From: Hypanus sabinus
Lineage: Eukaryota
NCBI RefSeq assembly: GCF_030144855.1
Contig: NC_082714.1
Span: forward strand, 48,670,001 to 48,734,000
DNA length: 64,000 nucleotides
Direction: 5' to 3'
Positions 24,481-38,900 of the stretch are shown here, piece after piece (position 1 is the first letter of the stretch; every line of letters starts with the position of its first letter). Under the pieces are notes generated by a model. The model saw only the letters and a program-made list of their open reading frames with translations, had not been told where the DNA came from and made no database searches. The translations under genes and the position numbers were made by a program.

Positions 24481-26589
24481 GATGTTATCTTAACCCACCG
24501 ATGGAGCTGATATCCTGCCTCCCATAAGCCAAACATTTCCAAGACCAAGACGCTAGGCCAAAAACTTCTTTATAATGGTCTTGATAGAAATGCTTACTGT
24601 CCATTTCCTTCTTCAAATGCTGGTTGACACACTGAGCTCCACTTCCAGCTCTATTCCTTGCCTGCAGATTCTAGCATCTGTAATCAGTAATTATTGTGAT
24701 GGAAGTCTCTAGTCAATGTCTGTGCTGTTTGTTGTATTGAAGTACATTCACAGGGTGCACTACCACTGGTTGGACATCAGAGGTTAAGTTCATGATGATT
24801 CATCTTATAGGGGAAGTGGCCATGGCCTCTCATCATTGTCAGTTGTAATTTCAAACTTGTAGGAAGGTTGCTGGAGTTGTGGTGTATCACAACAGGCAAT
24901 TCTGGAGATAATAATGGATGGTATGGAGAGGAAGGGAGGAATTTCAAATTGTAGAGTTCATTGTCAAGCACTGGTAGGATAAATTTTAAATGAAAATCAA
25001 TACCAAAGACTCAAGAGGATTACTAAAAAAGTGCTTTAAGTCATTTTCCAGCTGCTTCATCTCTTGCACACTGCTCTACATTATGCTTCTACAATTACAC
25101 TTGGCCAGTAACCTCTGCCTATAATGGTTCTTATTTAACTTTTGCATCACCACACCCTTATTTTATTTTTAACTCTAATTCTGAACCCATATTTCACAGC
25201 TTTTTTTATATACCCACAAAGATGTTAACTGATCACTCAGCCAGTATGTTCACAAGCACATTTTCCTCTCATTTGCAGAGGTGAAGAAAGTGAAACACAA
25301 TGGGTATCATCATCATTATCAGCTGCTGCTGCTGCAGATTGGTGATCAATAATGGCCACTTAATTGTTTCATGTTTGAGCTGAATATTCCGGACCCAAAA
25401 CGTTGACAGTTCATTATTTTCCAGAGATGCTGCCTGACCTGCTGAGTTCCTCCTGAATTTTATGTGAGTTTCTCCAGAAGAATGCTTGTTTATTGGGCTG
25501 AGTGAAGACTTTTATATCATCGGCTTCAGTGCCTCTTTGGTGTCTTGGATCACAGTTACAACAGGTAAAATACATTCAAAGAGTAATGTTTTCCCAAGCG
25601 TTACCACCTAAGATTCACAGCAAGTCGGACTGCAGCCTCACAGGTCTAATTTCATCACTTTGATTATCACTTTTATAATGGCCCATAATATTTTTGCCTC
25701 CAACTCATTCTGTTCAGCTGCAGCAAATATCAGCCACTTCTCCCATTTGTAGTGCATTAGAGTTTTAGAATTTCAGAATCAGAATCAGAATTAGGTTTGT
25801 TATCGCTGCTTACGTCGTGAAATGTGTTGTTATGTAACAGCAGTACTGTGCAATATGTAAAATGTACAATAAGGTACTATAAGAAATATATATAAAGATT
25901 TAATAAATATTGCAAAACATTACCTATCTTATAATCAAACCTCACAAACCTGCAAACCAGTTAACCCTTCACAGAGGATGTCAAAGATGGTGGGGCAATA
26001 ATCTGGGAAGTGGGGTTTGGTGGAAATTCTGGCTGATGATAAGAAGTGGGCTAATGTGAGTGACTTATACAATATTTGGATCCATGTGGACCAACGTACA
26101 ACCAGGACTGGTTGTATATCAGGATTCCATAAAAACTAATATCAACCGTTGACTTTCTCTGTGTTTCCTGCAGGGCAAGCACAAATTCCTTATATTTAGT
26201 TTTTTTATCATAAATACTTCCAGGAGGAAAGAGGAAGCCATTTTAATTCATCATATTTATACTATCTCATAATATACACCTCTATTACCCAGGATATGCC
26301 CTCTTCTCTTTGCTGCCATCAAGGAGAAGCTACAGGAGCCTGAAGACACACACGCGAGTTTTCAGGAACAGTCTCTTGCCCCCCTTCTGATTTTTGAATG
26401 GACAATGACCCACAAACATGAACACTACCTCACAATTTTTCCCTCTTTTTTCACTAATAACCAATTTATGTTTTATGTATGCCTCTTATAATTATACTTT
26501 TTGTTATTATTATGTATTGTAATGTACTAGTGCCACAAAACAACAAATTTCACGACATACGTCAGTGATATTAAACCTGATTCTACAGA

Positions 26590-29480
26590 TGGGAATCAGA
26601 GTGATAGGTCGAAGAACGGGGCCATTGTTGTAAAGGTAAATGCAGCCTGTAGAGAGACTGCGAGGCAGGATAGGCAGTGGAATGGGCATAATTGCAGTTC
26701 ATTGGATGGGTTGAAAAGTATCTATTTTAATGATGTTAACAGGAACAAGGGTGATGAACTTATAGCAGTTCCATCATTGATCCTTACTGGGTACAGTTCC
26801 AGTATATGGATCCTCACTGGATACGGTTGTCCTTCACTTATAGTATGACAACTGGCTGTCAGAAGAGCAGGAATGGTTGGAGGATGTTCTGGGGTTTAGA
26901 TGTTTCAAAAGGGACAGGGAGAGAGGAGTGGCATTGCTAATCAGGGATAGTATAACAACTGCAGAAAGGGGGCTCTCCTGAAGAAGTCAACTTCTGAGTC
27001 TGTAGTAAGGAAACAACTATTTTCTTGGTGGTATTCTATAGACGCCCCTAATAGCAACAGAGACACTATGGATCAGATCAGGTGGCAGATTTTGAAAAAA
27101 TGTAAGAACAGCATCTTTATTGTAATCAGTGACTTCAACATCTCTTTAGAGCAAAATGTTTAGACAAGGTAGAATTTGTTAGGTATATTCAGAAAGGATT
27201 CCTGACACGGTATGTAGACAAGCCAACTCGAGAAAAGCCCTTTCTGGACCTGGTACTTACTTCCTGCTCATTACGCTGCTGGCATTTAGGGCAGTACTGA
27301 AGATCTGCCATCTCTGTCTGTCCTTGGCCATCTCTGTTATGCTCCAGGTGTGATTCAGGGTCCTCATTTCTGCCTCTACATCACAGCAGCAATTTGTCTT
27401 TGGTCTCCCGTGTTTCCTCCATCTTTCAGCGGTCCAATATGGAGTTGGCCTTTCTTCTCATCACATGCCCAATCCATCACCAGTGTTTCTTCAAGATGGC
27501 ACTGCAGGAGTTGGGCTTGATTGGAGATCTTTCTTTGCCAATAAGTACAGAGAATCCTCCTGAGGCTGCTGGTGTGGAATGACAACAGCTTGGTAAGGTC
27601 ACTCTGATCCATACTAGAGTGTGGACAGAACACAGCTCTGGCAACACACACAAAATGGAGGAACTCAACAGGCAAGGCAGCATCAATGGAAAAATTTACA
27701 GTCAATGTTTTAGGCTGAGACCTTTCAGCAGGATTCCAGCATCTGCAGATTTTCTCTTGATTATGAATGGATTACTATACCTTTGTGTGGACTTGGCTGA
27801 TCCCTACATGTTGCTCATTGATCTGCCAATTGGATCTGGTACAAGATATTAAACCAGGCGAGGAGACAGATCTCTTGGTAGGTGAACATTGTGAAGACAG
27901 TGACCACAACTCCCTGGCCTTTACCATAACCTTTGACATGGATTGGAGCAGATCTTAGAAGAAACTGTAAAATTGTGGAGGGGGAATTATGATGCTATTA
28001 GGTACAAACATGAAGACAGGACTGATCAGGGACAAAAGAGGAAACATGCCCCGAGTTGGAGGAGGTAGTGGAGCTCCTTAATGAATCTTTTGCTTCAGTA
28101 TTCACAAGTGAATAAACTTGAGAAAAGACAGGTCAGCTTAGGACAAGCTGATAGGCTGAAACATGTTGATATTCAGAAAGAGGATCTACTAGAACTTTTG
28201 GAAAACTTTAGGGTAAGTAAGTCCCCAGGCTTGGACAGGATATACCCCAAGTTATTACAAGATGTGAGAGAAGAGAATGTTGCACATCTGACAATGATGT
28301 TTGCACCCTCACTAGCCACAGGAATAGTACCAGAGGATTGGCGGGTGGCAAAGGTAATAGGGATAATGATGGGAGTTATAAACCAGTGAGTTTTACATCA
28401 GTGGTGGGTGAAATATTGGAGAGTATTCTTAGAGACACAATCGACAACCATGTAGAGAAGCATAGTCTGATTAAGGATAACCAATATGACTTTGTAAGGG
28501 GTAGGTCTTGCCTCACAGTTCTGATTGAATTCTTTGAGGATATTACAAAACAAGTCCATGAAAACACAGAAGTGGATTTGGTGTATATAGATCTTGGTAA
28601 GGTATTTGACAACATTCACCATGGTAGGCACATTTAGAAGGGAGGCCAGGATCCAGGAAAACTTAACTGCGTGGATTCAGAACTGACCTGTCCACAGAAA
28701 GCAGGGGTTGGTAGTAGATGGAACATATCCTGCCTGGAGGTTAGTGGCCAGTGGTAACCCACAGGGATTTCTTCTGGAACCCCTTCTCTTTATGATTTTT
28801 ATAAATGACAGATGAGTCAGTGGTTAGTAAGTTTCCACACAACAGTAGGTTTGGTGGTGTTGTGGATAGTGAAGAAGGTTGTCATAAGTTACATTGGGAC
28901 ATTGATAGGATGCAGAGCTGACCTGAGAAATGGTTAATGGAGTTCAGTCTGGGAAAGTGTGAAGTAATTCACTTTGGAATGTTGAACCTGAAGGCAGAGT
29001 ACAGGGTTGGTACAGGATTCTTAATAGTGAAGTTCATATCCGTAGATCCCTCACATTTGCAGTGTAAGCATTATAAGGATAGGTTGAGAGAGCTAAGGCT
29101 TTTCTCTTTGGAAAGAAAGAGAATGAGAGGTGACTAGATAAATATATACGAAATGATAAGAGGCATAGATTGAGTGCACGGACAGACTTTTTCCTTGGGC
29201 ACAAAAAGTGTCTTTTACAAGGAGATATAATTTTAAGGTGTTGGGAGGGAAGTCTAGGGGGTGTCAGAAGCAGGTGTTTTTACACAGAGAATATAAAGTG
29301 TGCGAACCCCATTGCCAGGGTAGTGGTAGAGCCAGAAATTATTAGATATGCACATAAAGGAAGGAAAAATGGAGGGTTGTCTGGGAGGGAAAGGTTAGAT
29401 TGATCTTGGAGTTGGTTAAGGGTCGACACAACATCACGGACAAAAGGGCCTTTACTGTACTGAACTGTACGAGTTTCAGT
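26590..29480 (+). mobile_element. Long degenerate CR1 LINE with nested insertions at about 27260-27765
   Basis: Endonuclease (YRRP, SDFN, DSDHN) and RT (SPGLD, GRSCL, GKVFD) motifs occur in order, followed by a CR1 3' UTR at about 29400-29490. Confidence 0.8.
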
Positions 29481-30930
29481 GTTCTATGTTCTATTTCACC
29501 CCATCAGAGACATTCCCTTTGTTCCAGCCATCACCTTCTTCCACCTTCTCCACTACCTTGACTCACTCATTTCTGTCTTTCCCAGTTCAGATGATGGGTC
29601 TTTCACATGGAAAGTTAATTCTGTTTCTTTTTGTTCAGGTACTGCTCCACTGCAGAGTGTTTCTGTCATTTATTTCTTGGGGAGAGGTTTGGTGCCACAT
29701 GTGGAGAATGGGGCGAGACCTGAAGGAATGAGCACAGTGCAGCACTGAAGAGTGAAATTCATTTATCCCAAGAGTATTCAAGAAGTCTCCCTCCCTCGAT
29801 AGCAAGCTCACATGCAATGTTTGATGAATGTGCCACTGACAGAAGTCAATTCAGACAAGCAAGTTGATTTACTTCAAAAAGTGCTTTCTAGATGGACAAA
29901 AAAATTGATTTTGTTTATTATTAGTTGATGGTCAAGTTCAATGCCAAACCCTGGAGAATCCTAACAGCAGGAGATGTCATTTGAAGAGCTCAATATGGCC
30001 AGAAAATAAAGCAATGAGTATCCAAAATACTATAATCCTAGTGCAGGGTTTTCAGCTGAAACATTAATAGTTCTCTCCCCACAGATGCTGCTTGACTTGC
30101 TGAGTTCCTCCATTAGATCTTTTTTTGTTCGTCCAGATTCCAACATCTGCAGACTCTCGTATCACAATTACCTGCTCAGGAAAACTCAATGCAGGTTTCT
30201 ACAAACTATCGGTTTTGAAGGAATGCTTAGTAGTTGCTCATCAGGATTGTGTTCTAACTTCATAATGCATAAAACATTTTAAGAATAATGTCTAAAACTA
30301 AGAGTTATTAAACTGATGAAGTGTGTTCAGAAGTCAGAATGTTTGTGGATGAATCAGTTTGAATTGCCATCTCTCAGTGTTTCGGCCCTGAGGTAGAAAT
30401 TGATGTCCTTATTATTCTCATTATTGATCTGGACGAACATGTCAGGAAAACTTTGTCTTTAGGGAGATGGTGTGATAATTGTGTTAGATAACTGATGTAT
30501 TGCAGCAACTGTGGCCAACTGAATTCTTTACTCATTCAGTATTGACAGTAACCCACTCAATATGATAATGGAATTACATATCAGTACATCATGCTGGCTT
30601 CTCACTGTTACCGTCAGGAAGGATGTACAGGATCCTCAAGTCACACATCACCAAGTTCAGGAACAGTTATTATCCTTAGTCCATCAGCTTCCTGAACCAA
30701 TGTGGATAACTTCACTCACCTCAACACTGAACCGATTCCACAACCTGCGTACTCACTTTCAAGGACTCAAGTTCTCATTATTACTTATTTATTGTATTTG
30801 TTCAGTTCGTCTTCTTTTGCCCTTTGCTTGTCAGTCTTTGTTTGTGGGTGGTTTTTCATTGATTTGATTGTATTTATTTGTTCTACTGTGAATGCCAGAA
30901 AGAAAATGAATCTCACTGTAGTTAACAGTG

Positions 30931-31331
30931 ACACACTCTCAGCGGCCACTTTATTAGGTACACCAGTACACCTGCTTGTAATGCAGATATCTAATCAGCC
31001 AATCATGTGCAAGCAACTCAATGCATAAAAAACATACAGATATGGTCAAGAGGTTGGATGCTGTTCACGAGTGTGAGTGTGGTGAATGAAACAAAAAACG
31101 TCCGCTGAGCAGTAGCTCTGTCGACGAAAACGCCTCCATAATGTGAGAGATCAGTGGAGAATGGCCGGACTGATTCAAGCTGACAGGACTGTGACACTAA
31201 TTCAGACAACTACATGTTACAAGATTGATCAGCAGAAGATCATCTTTGAGTGCGCAACTTGTGGAACCTTGAGGTGATTAGGCAAAAGTAGCAGAGATCA
31301 CAAAAATATACTAAGTGGCCAATATATTAGG
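30931..31331 (+). mobile_element. Tc1/mariner-derived fragment
   Basis: TIR-like CACTCTCAGCGGCCACTTTATTAGGTACACC at about 30932-30964, with a degenerate direct copy near 31310-31331. Confidence 0.5.
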
Positions 31332-31789
31332 CTGTCTGGTGCCGTAGTGGGCATCCTTCAGTAGCTCGGTTTTCACTACTGTCACTCATGCAAGTTCCTG
31401 GTGCAGTCTCAGGAATACCATTGCATTCAGATGTAGAAGGATTTTTCAATAACAGTTTTACGTTTTTAAGTTTCAGTAACAGTTTTATTCTACCAGTCAG
31501 GGTTGTTAGCCCTGAGCTGAACACTCTAACCTGGAGACCCATGGGCCCCTCTTAGCCTGGCTTCTGCCCTTTGACCTGTTTGGCATGGGTGGCCCTACCA
31601 ATGGTCAAAGCATAGAGTGCTGACTCCAGCCAACATAACTCTCTGAATCATTGAGACATGCAAGCCTCCAAATCCTATGATAAGTTTCTGGCCCTCTTGG
31701 AGGAGTGCATACATACTTTGAAAATAAATTTACTTCGAACATTGAAGTTTATTACGACACTAACCCTCTGCTTGATCGTAATCAGTGAA

Positions 31790-33920
31790 CCAATCACAGG
31801 AGTACAGGAGCGCCTACAGGCCTGCTTTGAATCGGTGGACTGGACTGTATTCAGGGATTCATCTTTGAACTTGGATGAGTATTCTGCAGTTGTTACTGAC
31901 TTCATTAAAACCTGTGTGGATGTGTGTGTGCCTACAAAGACTTACTGTACATTCCCAAACCAAAAGCCGTGGATGAACCAGGAGGTACATCGTCTACTGA
32001 AGGCTAGATCTGTGGTATTCAAGTCTGGTGACCCAGGCCTGTACCAGAAAACCAGGTATGATTTGTAGAGGGCTATTTCAAGGGTGAAGAGACAATTTCG
32101 AACAAGTTTGGAGGTGACATCGAATGTACAACAATTCTAACAGGGTTTGCAAGACGTTACTTCCTACAATGTGAAACCTGATAGCATGAAAGTGATACTT
32201 CACTACCAGATGAACTCAATGCCCTCTGTGGCCACTTTGAAAGGAATAATATAACTACAGCTGGTAAAAATACCTGCTGCACCTGGTGACCCTGTTATCT
32301 CTGACTCAGAGGCCAATGTTAGGCTGTCTTTAAAGAGGGTAAACCCTCACAAGGCGGTAGGTCCCGATGGAGTACCTGGTAAGGCTTTGAAAACTTGTGC
32401 CAACCAATGGGCAAGAGCATTCAAGGACATTTTCAACCTCTCACTGCTATGGGCAGAAGTTCCCACTTGCTTCAAAAAGGCAACAACTATGCCAGTGCCT
32501 AAGAATAATGTAAGCTGCTTTAATGGTTATCGCCTGGTGGCACTCACATCTACGGTGCTGAAATGCTTTGAGAGGTTAGTCATGACTAGACTGAACTCCT
32601 GCCTCAGCAAGGACCTGGACCCACTGCAATTTGCCTGTCGCCACAATAGGTCGATGGCAGATGCAATCTCGCTGGCTCTTCACATGGCCTTAGCCCACCT
32701 GGACTATACAAACACCTCTGTCAGGATGCTGTTCATTAACTATAGCTCAGCATTTAACATGACCATTCCACAATCCTGATTGAGAAGTTGCAGAACCTGG
32801 GCCTCTGTACCTCCCTCTGCAATTGGATCCTCGACTTCCTAACTGAAAGACCACTATCTGTGCAGATTGGTGATAATATCTCCTCCTCACTAACGATCCA
32901 CACTGGTGCACTTCAGGGGTGTGTGCTGAGCCCACTGTTCTACTTTCTTTATATCCTCTCTCTCTGTGGCTAGGAATAGCTCAAATACCATCTAGAAGTT
33001 TGCTGATGATACAACCATTGTTGGTAGAATCTCAGATGGTGACGAAGTAGTGTCACAGCAACAAGCTGGCACTCAACGTCACTAAGGCGAAAGAGCTGAT
33101 TGTGGACCTCTGGAAGGGTAAGATGAAGGAAACACATACCGATCCCCGTAGAGGGATCAGAAGTGGAGAGAGTGAGCAGTTTCAAGTTCTTGGGTGTCAG
33201 GATCTCTGAGGATCTAACCTGGTCCCAACATATCGATGCAGTTACAAAGAAGGCAAAACAGGACTACATTAGGAGTTTGAAGAGATTTGGTATGTCAACA
33301 AATACACTCAAAAAAGGCTGCATCACTGTCTGGTGTGGGGGAGCTACGGCACAGCACCGAAAGAAGCTGCAGTGGGTTGTAAATTTAGTTGGCTCCATCT
33401 TGGGTACTAGCCTACAAAGTAACCAAGACATCTTTAGGGAGCGGTGTCTCAGAAAAGCAGCGTCCATTATTAAGGACCTCCAGCACCCAGGCCCTTTTCT
33501 CACTGTTACCATCAGGTAGGAGGTACAGAAACCTGAAGGCACACGCTCAGTGATTCAGAAACAGCATCTTCTTCCCCTCTGCTAAATACCTAAATGGACA
33601 GTGAACCCTTGAACACTACCTCACATTTTTAATATATATTATTTATTTTTTGCACAATTTTTAATCTATTCACTATATGTNNNNNNNNNNNNNNNNNNNN
33701 NNNNNNNNNNNNNNNNNNNNNNNNNNNNNNNNNNNNNNNNNNNNNNNNNNNNNNNNNNNNNNNNNNNNNNNNNNNNNNNNNNNNNNNNNNNNNNNNNNNN
33801 NNNNNNNNNNNNNNNNNNNNNNNNNNNNNNNNNNNNNNNNNNNNNNNNTATTGCATTGAACAGCTGCTGCTGAGTTAACAAATTTCATGACACATGCCGG
33901 TGATAATAAACCTGATTCAG
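31790..33920 (+). mobile_element. Rex1/Babar-like LINE (RT and 3' end)
   Basis: KPWMNQEV, VALTSTVLKCFERLV, DPLQFA, SSAFN, QGCVLSP and KFADD motifs, with an AATAAACCTGATTC tail at about 33905-33920. Confidence 0.85.
33681..33848. other. Assembly gap (168 N)
   Basis: Run of N inside the AT-rich 3' UTR of the LINE. Confidence 1.
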
Positions 33921-35961
33921 ATCATCATTATTTTTCTGAAAGCAGCAAATTCATACGGAAACACAAAGATCCAGAGCAACACACACAAACTGCTGGAGAT
34001 ACTCGTCAGGTCAGACAATATCCATGGAAATGAATGAAGAGTCAGTGCTTTGGGGTGGGGGCCTTCTTCAGGACTTGACCGGAAGGATAAAGACACCAAA
34101 CTGGAAAGGTGTAGGGGAGGAAGGAGGACCAGATAGAAGGTGATAGATGAAGCCAGGTTGGTGAGAAGGTAAAGGTTCGAGAAAAAAATCCTGCTAGGGG
34201 AGGAGAGTAGACAATGGGAAAAATGAAAGGTGGAGGGACATCAGGGAGAGATGATCGACAGGTGAGGAGAAAAGATAAGGGGACAGAGTGGGGTATAGAA
34301 GAAGAAGAAAGGGAGCTGATTTTTTTTTCTGGAAAGAGGAATCAATGTTCATGGCATCTTGAGGCTGCCTAGATGTAACATGAGGTGTTGCTACTCCACC
34401 CTGAGAATGGCCTCATTGTGGCAGAAGAGCAGGCAAAAGACTACCATGTCAGAATGGGAATAGGGATAGGAATTAAAAGGATTGGGCACCAGGAAGTTCC
34501 ACTTTTGATAGAAGTGGTCAACAAAGCTGTCCCCTAATTTACATCAGTACTATTGACGTAGAGGTGGCCACATCAGGAGCACCAGATACGACAGACAGCC
34601 CCAACAGCTTCAGAAATGAAGTGTTGCCTCAGCTGGAAGGACTGTTTGGGTAAGGAAGGTGGTAAATAGGCAAGTGTAGCATATCTGCTGCTTGCAGGGA
34701 TATGTGCCAGGAGGGAAATTAGTAGGGAGGGGCAAATGGACAAAGGAATCACAAAGGAAGAGATCTTGGGGAAAGCAGAGAGTGGGGATGAGGTAAAGAT
34801 GTGTTCGGTGTAAGGATCCCATTGAAGATGGCTGAGATTGCAGAGAATGATATGTTGCATGCAGGGGCTCTTGGGGTTTATCTATCTTTATCAAGCGCCA
34901 GGAAGATGGGGTGAGCGCAGATGTCAGAGAAATGGAGAAGATGTGGGTGAGGGCAGCATCAATGATTGAGAAAGGGACATCCCATTCTTCGAGGAAAGGA
35001 AAGCTTCATCCTGGGAACAGTTGCAGTGGAGACAAAGGAACTAAGAAAAGGAAATAGAATTTTTACACAAGACGGTGTGGGAAGAGATACAGCCAAGGTC
35101 ATCATGGGAATGAGTATGTTAATAAAAGATGTCAGTATACAGTTTGTCTCCAGAGATGGAGTCAGAAAGATCCAGAAAGGGTGTTAGAAATGGACCAAGT
35201 GAATTTAAGGGCAGGGAGTAAGTTGGAGGTAAAATTTATGAGCTCAGATTGGGTACATGACACAGCACCAATATAGTCGTCAATATAGCGCAGGATGAGT
35301 CGGGGAGCATTGCCAGGGAAGGCTTGGAACATGGACTGTTCTACAAAGTTAACAAAAAAGCAGGCAAAGCTAGGGCCCATATGGGTGCTGTTAAGTCTTG
35401 AGAAATTGGAAGAACCGAAGGAGAAATTGTTGAACATGAAGATCCGTTCTGCCAGGCGGAGGAGGGTGGTGGTGGAGCAGAACTGGTGGGTCTTCTGCTG
35501 AGAAAGAAACAGAGAGGTTTAGGGCCTTCTTGATGGGGGTACTGGACTGGACAAGGGACTGGACATCCATGGTGAAAATGAGGTGGTCAGGGCCAGAGAA
35601 TTAAATGTTGTTGAAGAGAATGAAAGCATGTGAAGTGTCTGAGAGGTAGGAGGGAAGGGACTGAACCAAAGCAGAGAGAATGGAGATGAGGTATGTGGAC
35701 ATGAGTTCAGTGGGACAGGAACAGGCAGAGACCATGGGCCCACCCAAACAGTCAGGTTTGTGGATCTTGGGTAGGAGGCAGAAATGTGCAGAGCAGGATA
35801 AGCAAACTATGAGTCCGTTAGAGTTGATGAGGTTAGTGATGGTGCTGGAGACAATGTCCTGATGAGCCTGAGTAGGTCCTTTTCAAGGGGTAAATAGAGG
35901 AAATATCTGAGAGTTGCCACCTAGCCTCAGCAAGGTGGGGGTCAATCTGCCACACTGCAAT

Positions 35962-38900
35962 AGCACCCCATTTTACCACAGGTTTGATGGTAAGGTTAGG
36001 ATCAGTGAGGGGAGAGCACCCCATTTTACCGCAGGTTTGATGGTAAGGTTAGGATCAGTGAGGAGAGAGCACCCCATTTTACCGCAGGTTTGATGGTAAG
36101 GTTAGGATCAGTGAGGAGAGAGCACCCCATTTTACCGCAGGTTTGATGGTAAGGTTAGGATCAGTGAGGGGAGAGCACCCCATTTTACCACAGGTTTGAT
36201 GGTAAGGTTAGGATCAGTGAGGAGAGAGCACCCCATTTTACCACAGGTTTGATGGTAAGGTTAGGATCAGTGAGGAGAGAGCACCCCATTTTACCGCAGG
36301 TTTGATGGTAAGGTTAGGATCAGTGAGGGGAGAGCACCCCATTTTACCGCAGGTTTGATGGTAAGGTTAGGGTTAGTGAGGAGAGAGCACCCCATTTTAC
36401 TGCAGGTTTGATGGTAAGGTTAGGGTTAGTGAGGAGAGAGCATCCCATTTTACCGCAGGTTTGATGGTAAGGTTAGGGTTAGTGAGGAGAGAGCACCCAT
36501 TTTACCGCAGGTTTGATGGTAAGGTTAGGGTTAGTGAGGAGAGAGCACCCCATTTTACCGCAGGTTTGATGGTAAGGTTAGGATAAGTGAGGAGAGAGCA
36601 CCCCATTTTACCGCAGGTTTGATGGTAAGGTTAGGATCATTGAGGAGAGAGCTCCCCATTTTACCGCAGGTGTGATGGTAAGGTTAGGATCAGTGAGGAG
36701 GGAGCACCCCATTTACCGCAGGTTTGATGGTAAGGTTAGGATCAGTGAGGAGGGAGCACCCCATTTACCGCAGGTTTGATGGTAAGGTTAGGGTTAGTGA
36801 GGAGAGAGCACCCCATTTTACCGCAGGTTTGATGGTAAGGTTAGGATCAGTGAGGAGGGAGCTCCCCATTTTACCGCAGGTTTGATGGTAAGGTTAGGAT
36901 CAGTGAGGAGAGAGCACCCCATTTTACCGCAGGTTTGATGGTAAGGTTAGGATCAGTGAGGAGAGAGCACCCCATTTTACCACAAGTTTGATGGTAAGGT
37001 TAGGGTTAGTGAGGAGAGAGCACCCCATTTTACCGCAGGTTTGATGGTAAGGTTAGGATCAGTGAGGAGAGAGCACCCCATTTTACCGCAGGTTTGATGG
37101 TAAGGTTAGGATCAGTGAGGAGAGAGCACCCCATTTTACCGCAGGTTTGATGGTAAGGTTAGGATCATTGAGGAGAGAGCACCCCATTTTACCACAGGTT
37201 TGATGGTAAGTTTAGGATCATTGAGGAGAGAGCACCCCATTTTACCGCAGGTTTGATGGTAAGGTTAGGGTTAGTGAGGAGAGAGCACCCCATTTTACCG
37301 CAGGTTTGATGGTAAGGTTAGGGTTAGTGAGGAGAGAGCACCCCATTTTACCGCAGGTTTGATGGTAAAATTAGGGTTAGTGAGGAGAGAGCACCCCATT
37401 TTACTGCAGGTTTGATGGTAAGGTTAGTGTTAGTGAGGAGAGAGCACCCCATTTTACCTCAGGTTTGATGGTAAGTTTAGGATCATTGAGGAGAGAGCAC
37501 CCCATTTTACCGCAGGTTTGATGGTAAGGTTAGGATCAGTGAGGGGAGAGCACCCCATTTTACCGCAGGTTTGATGGTAAGGTTAGGGTTAGTGAGGAGA
37601 GAGCACCCCATTTTACTGCAGGGTTGATGGTAAGGTTAGGGTTAGTGAGGAGAGAGCTCCCATTTTACCGCAGGTTTGATGGTAAGGTTAGGGTTAGTGA
37701 GGAGAGAGCACCCCATTTTACCGCAGGTTTGATGGTAAGGTTAGGATAAGTGAGGAGAGAGCACCCCATTTTACCGCAGGTTTGATGGTAAGGTTAGGAT
37801 CATTGAGGAGAGAGCTCCCCATTTTACCGCAGGTTTGATGGTAAGGTTAGGATCAGTGAGGAGGGAGCACCCCATTTACCGCAGGTTTGATGGTAAGGTT
37901 AGGATCAGTGAGGAGGGAGCACCCCATTTACCGCAGGTTTGATGGTAAGGTTAGGGTTAGTGAGGAGAGAGCACCCCATTTTACCGCAGGTTTGATGGTA
38001 AGGTTAGGATCAGTGAGGAGGGAGCTCCCCATTTTACCGCAGGTTTGATGGTAAGGTTAGGATCAGTGAGGAGAGAGCACCCCATTTTACCGCAGGTTTG
38101 ATGGTAAGGTTAGGATCAGTGAGGAGAGAGCACCCCATTTTACCACAAGTTTGATGGTAAGGTTAGGGTTAGTGAGGAGAGAGCACCCCATTTTACCGCA
38201 GGTTTGATGGTAAGGTTAGGATCAGTGAGGAGAGAGCACCCCATTTTACCGCAGGTTTGATGGTAAGGTTAGGATCAGTGAGGAGAGAGCACCCCATTTT
38301 ACCGCAGGTTTGATGGTAAGGTTAGGATCATTGAGGAGAGAGCACCCCATTTTACCGCAGGTTTGATGGTAAGTTTAGGATCATTGAGGAGAGAGCACCC
38401 CATTTTACCGCAGGTTTGATGGTAAGGTTAGGGTTAGTGAGGAGAGAGCACCCCATTTTACCGCAGGTTTGATGGTAAGGTTAGGGTTAGTGAGGAGAGA
38501 GCACCCCATTTTACCGCAGGTTTGATGGTAAAATTAGGGTTAGTGAGGAGAGAGCACCCCATTTTACTGCAGGTTTGATGGTAAAGTTAGTGTTAGTGAG
38601 GAGAGAGCACCCCATTTTACCTCAGGTTTGATGGTAAGGTTAGTGTTAGTGAGGAGAGAGCACCCCATTTTACCGCAGGTTTGATGGTAAGGTTAGGATC
38701 AGTGAGGAGAGAGCACCCCATTTTACCGCAGGTTTGATGGTAAGGTTAGGGTTATTGAGGAGAGAGCACCCCATTTTACCGCAGGTTTGATGGTAAGGTT
38801 AGGGTTAGTGAGGAGAGAGCACCCCATTTTACCGCAGGTTTGATGGTAAGGTTAGGATCAGTGAGGAGAGAGCACCCCATTTTAACACAGGTTTGATGGT

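Noticed and set aside
33629-33888. ORFs made of X residues
   Set aside because: Artefacts of the N gap.
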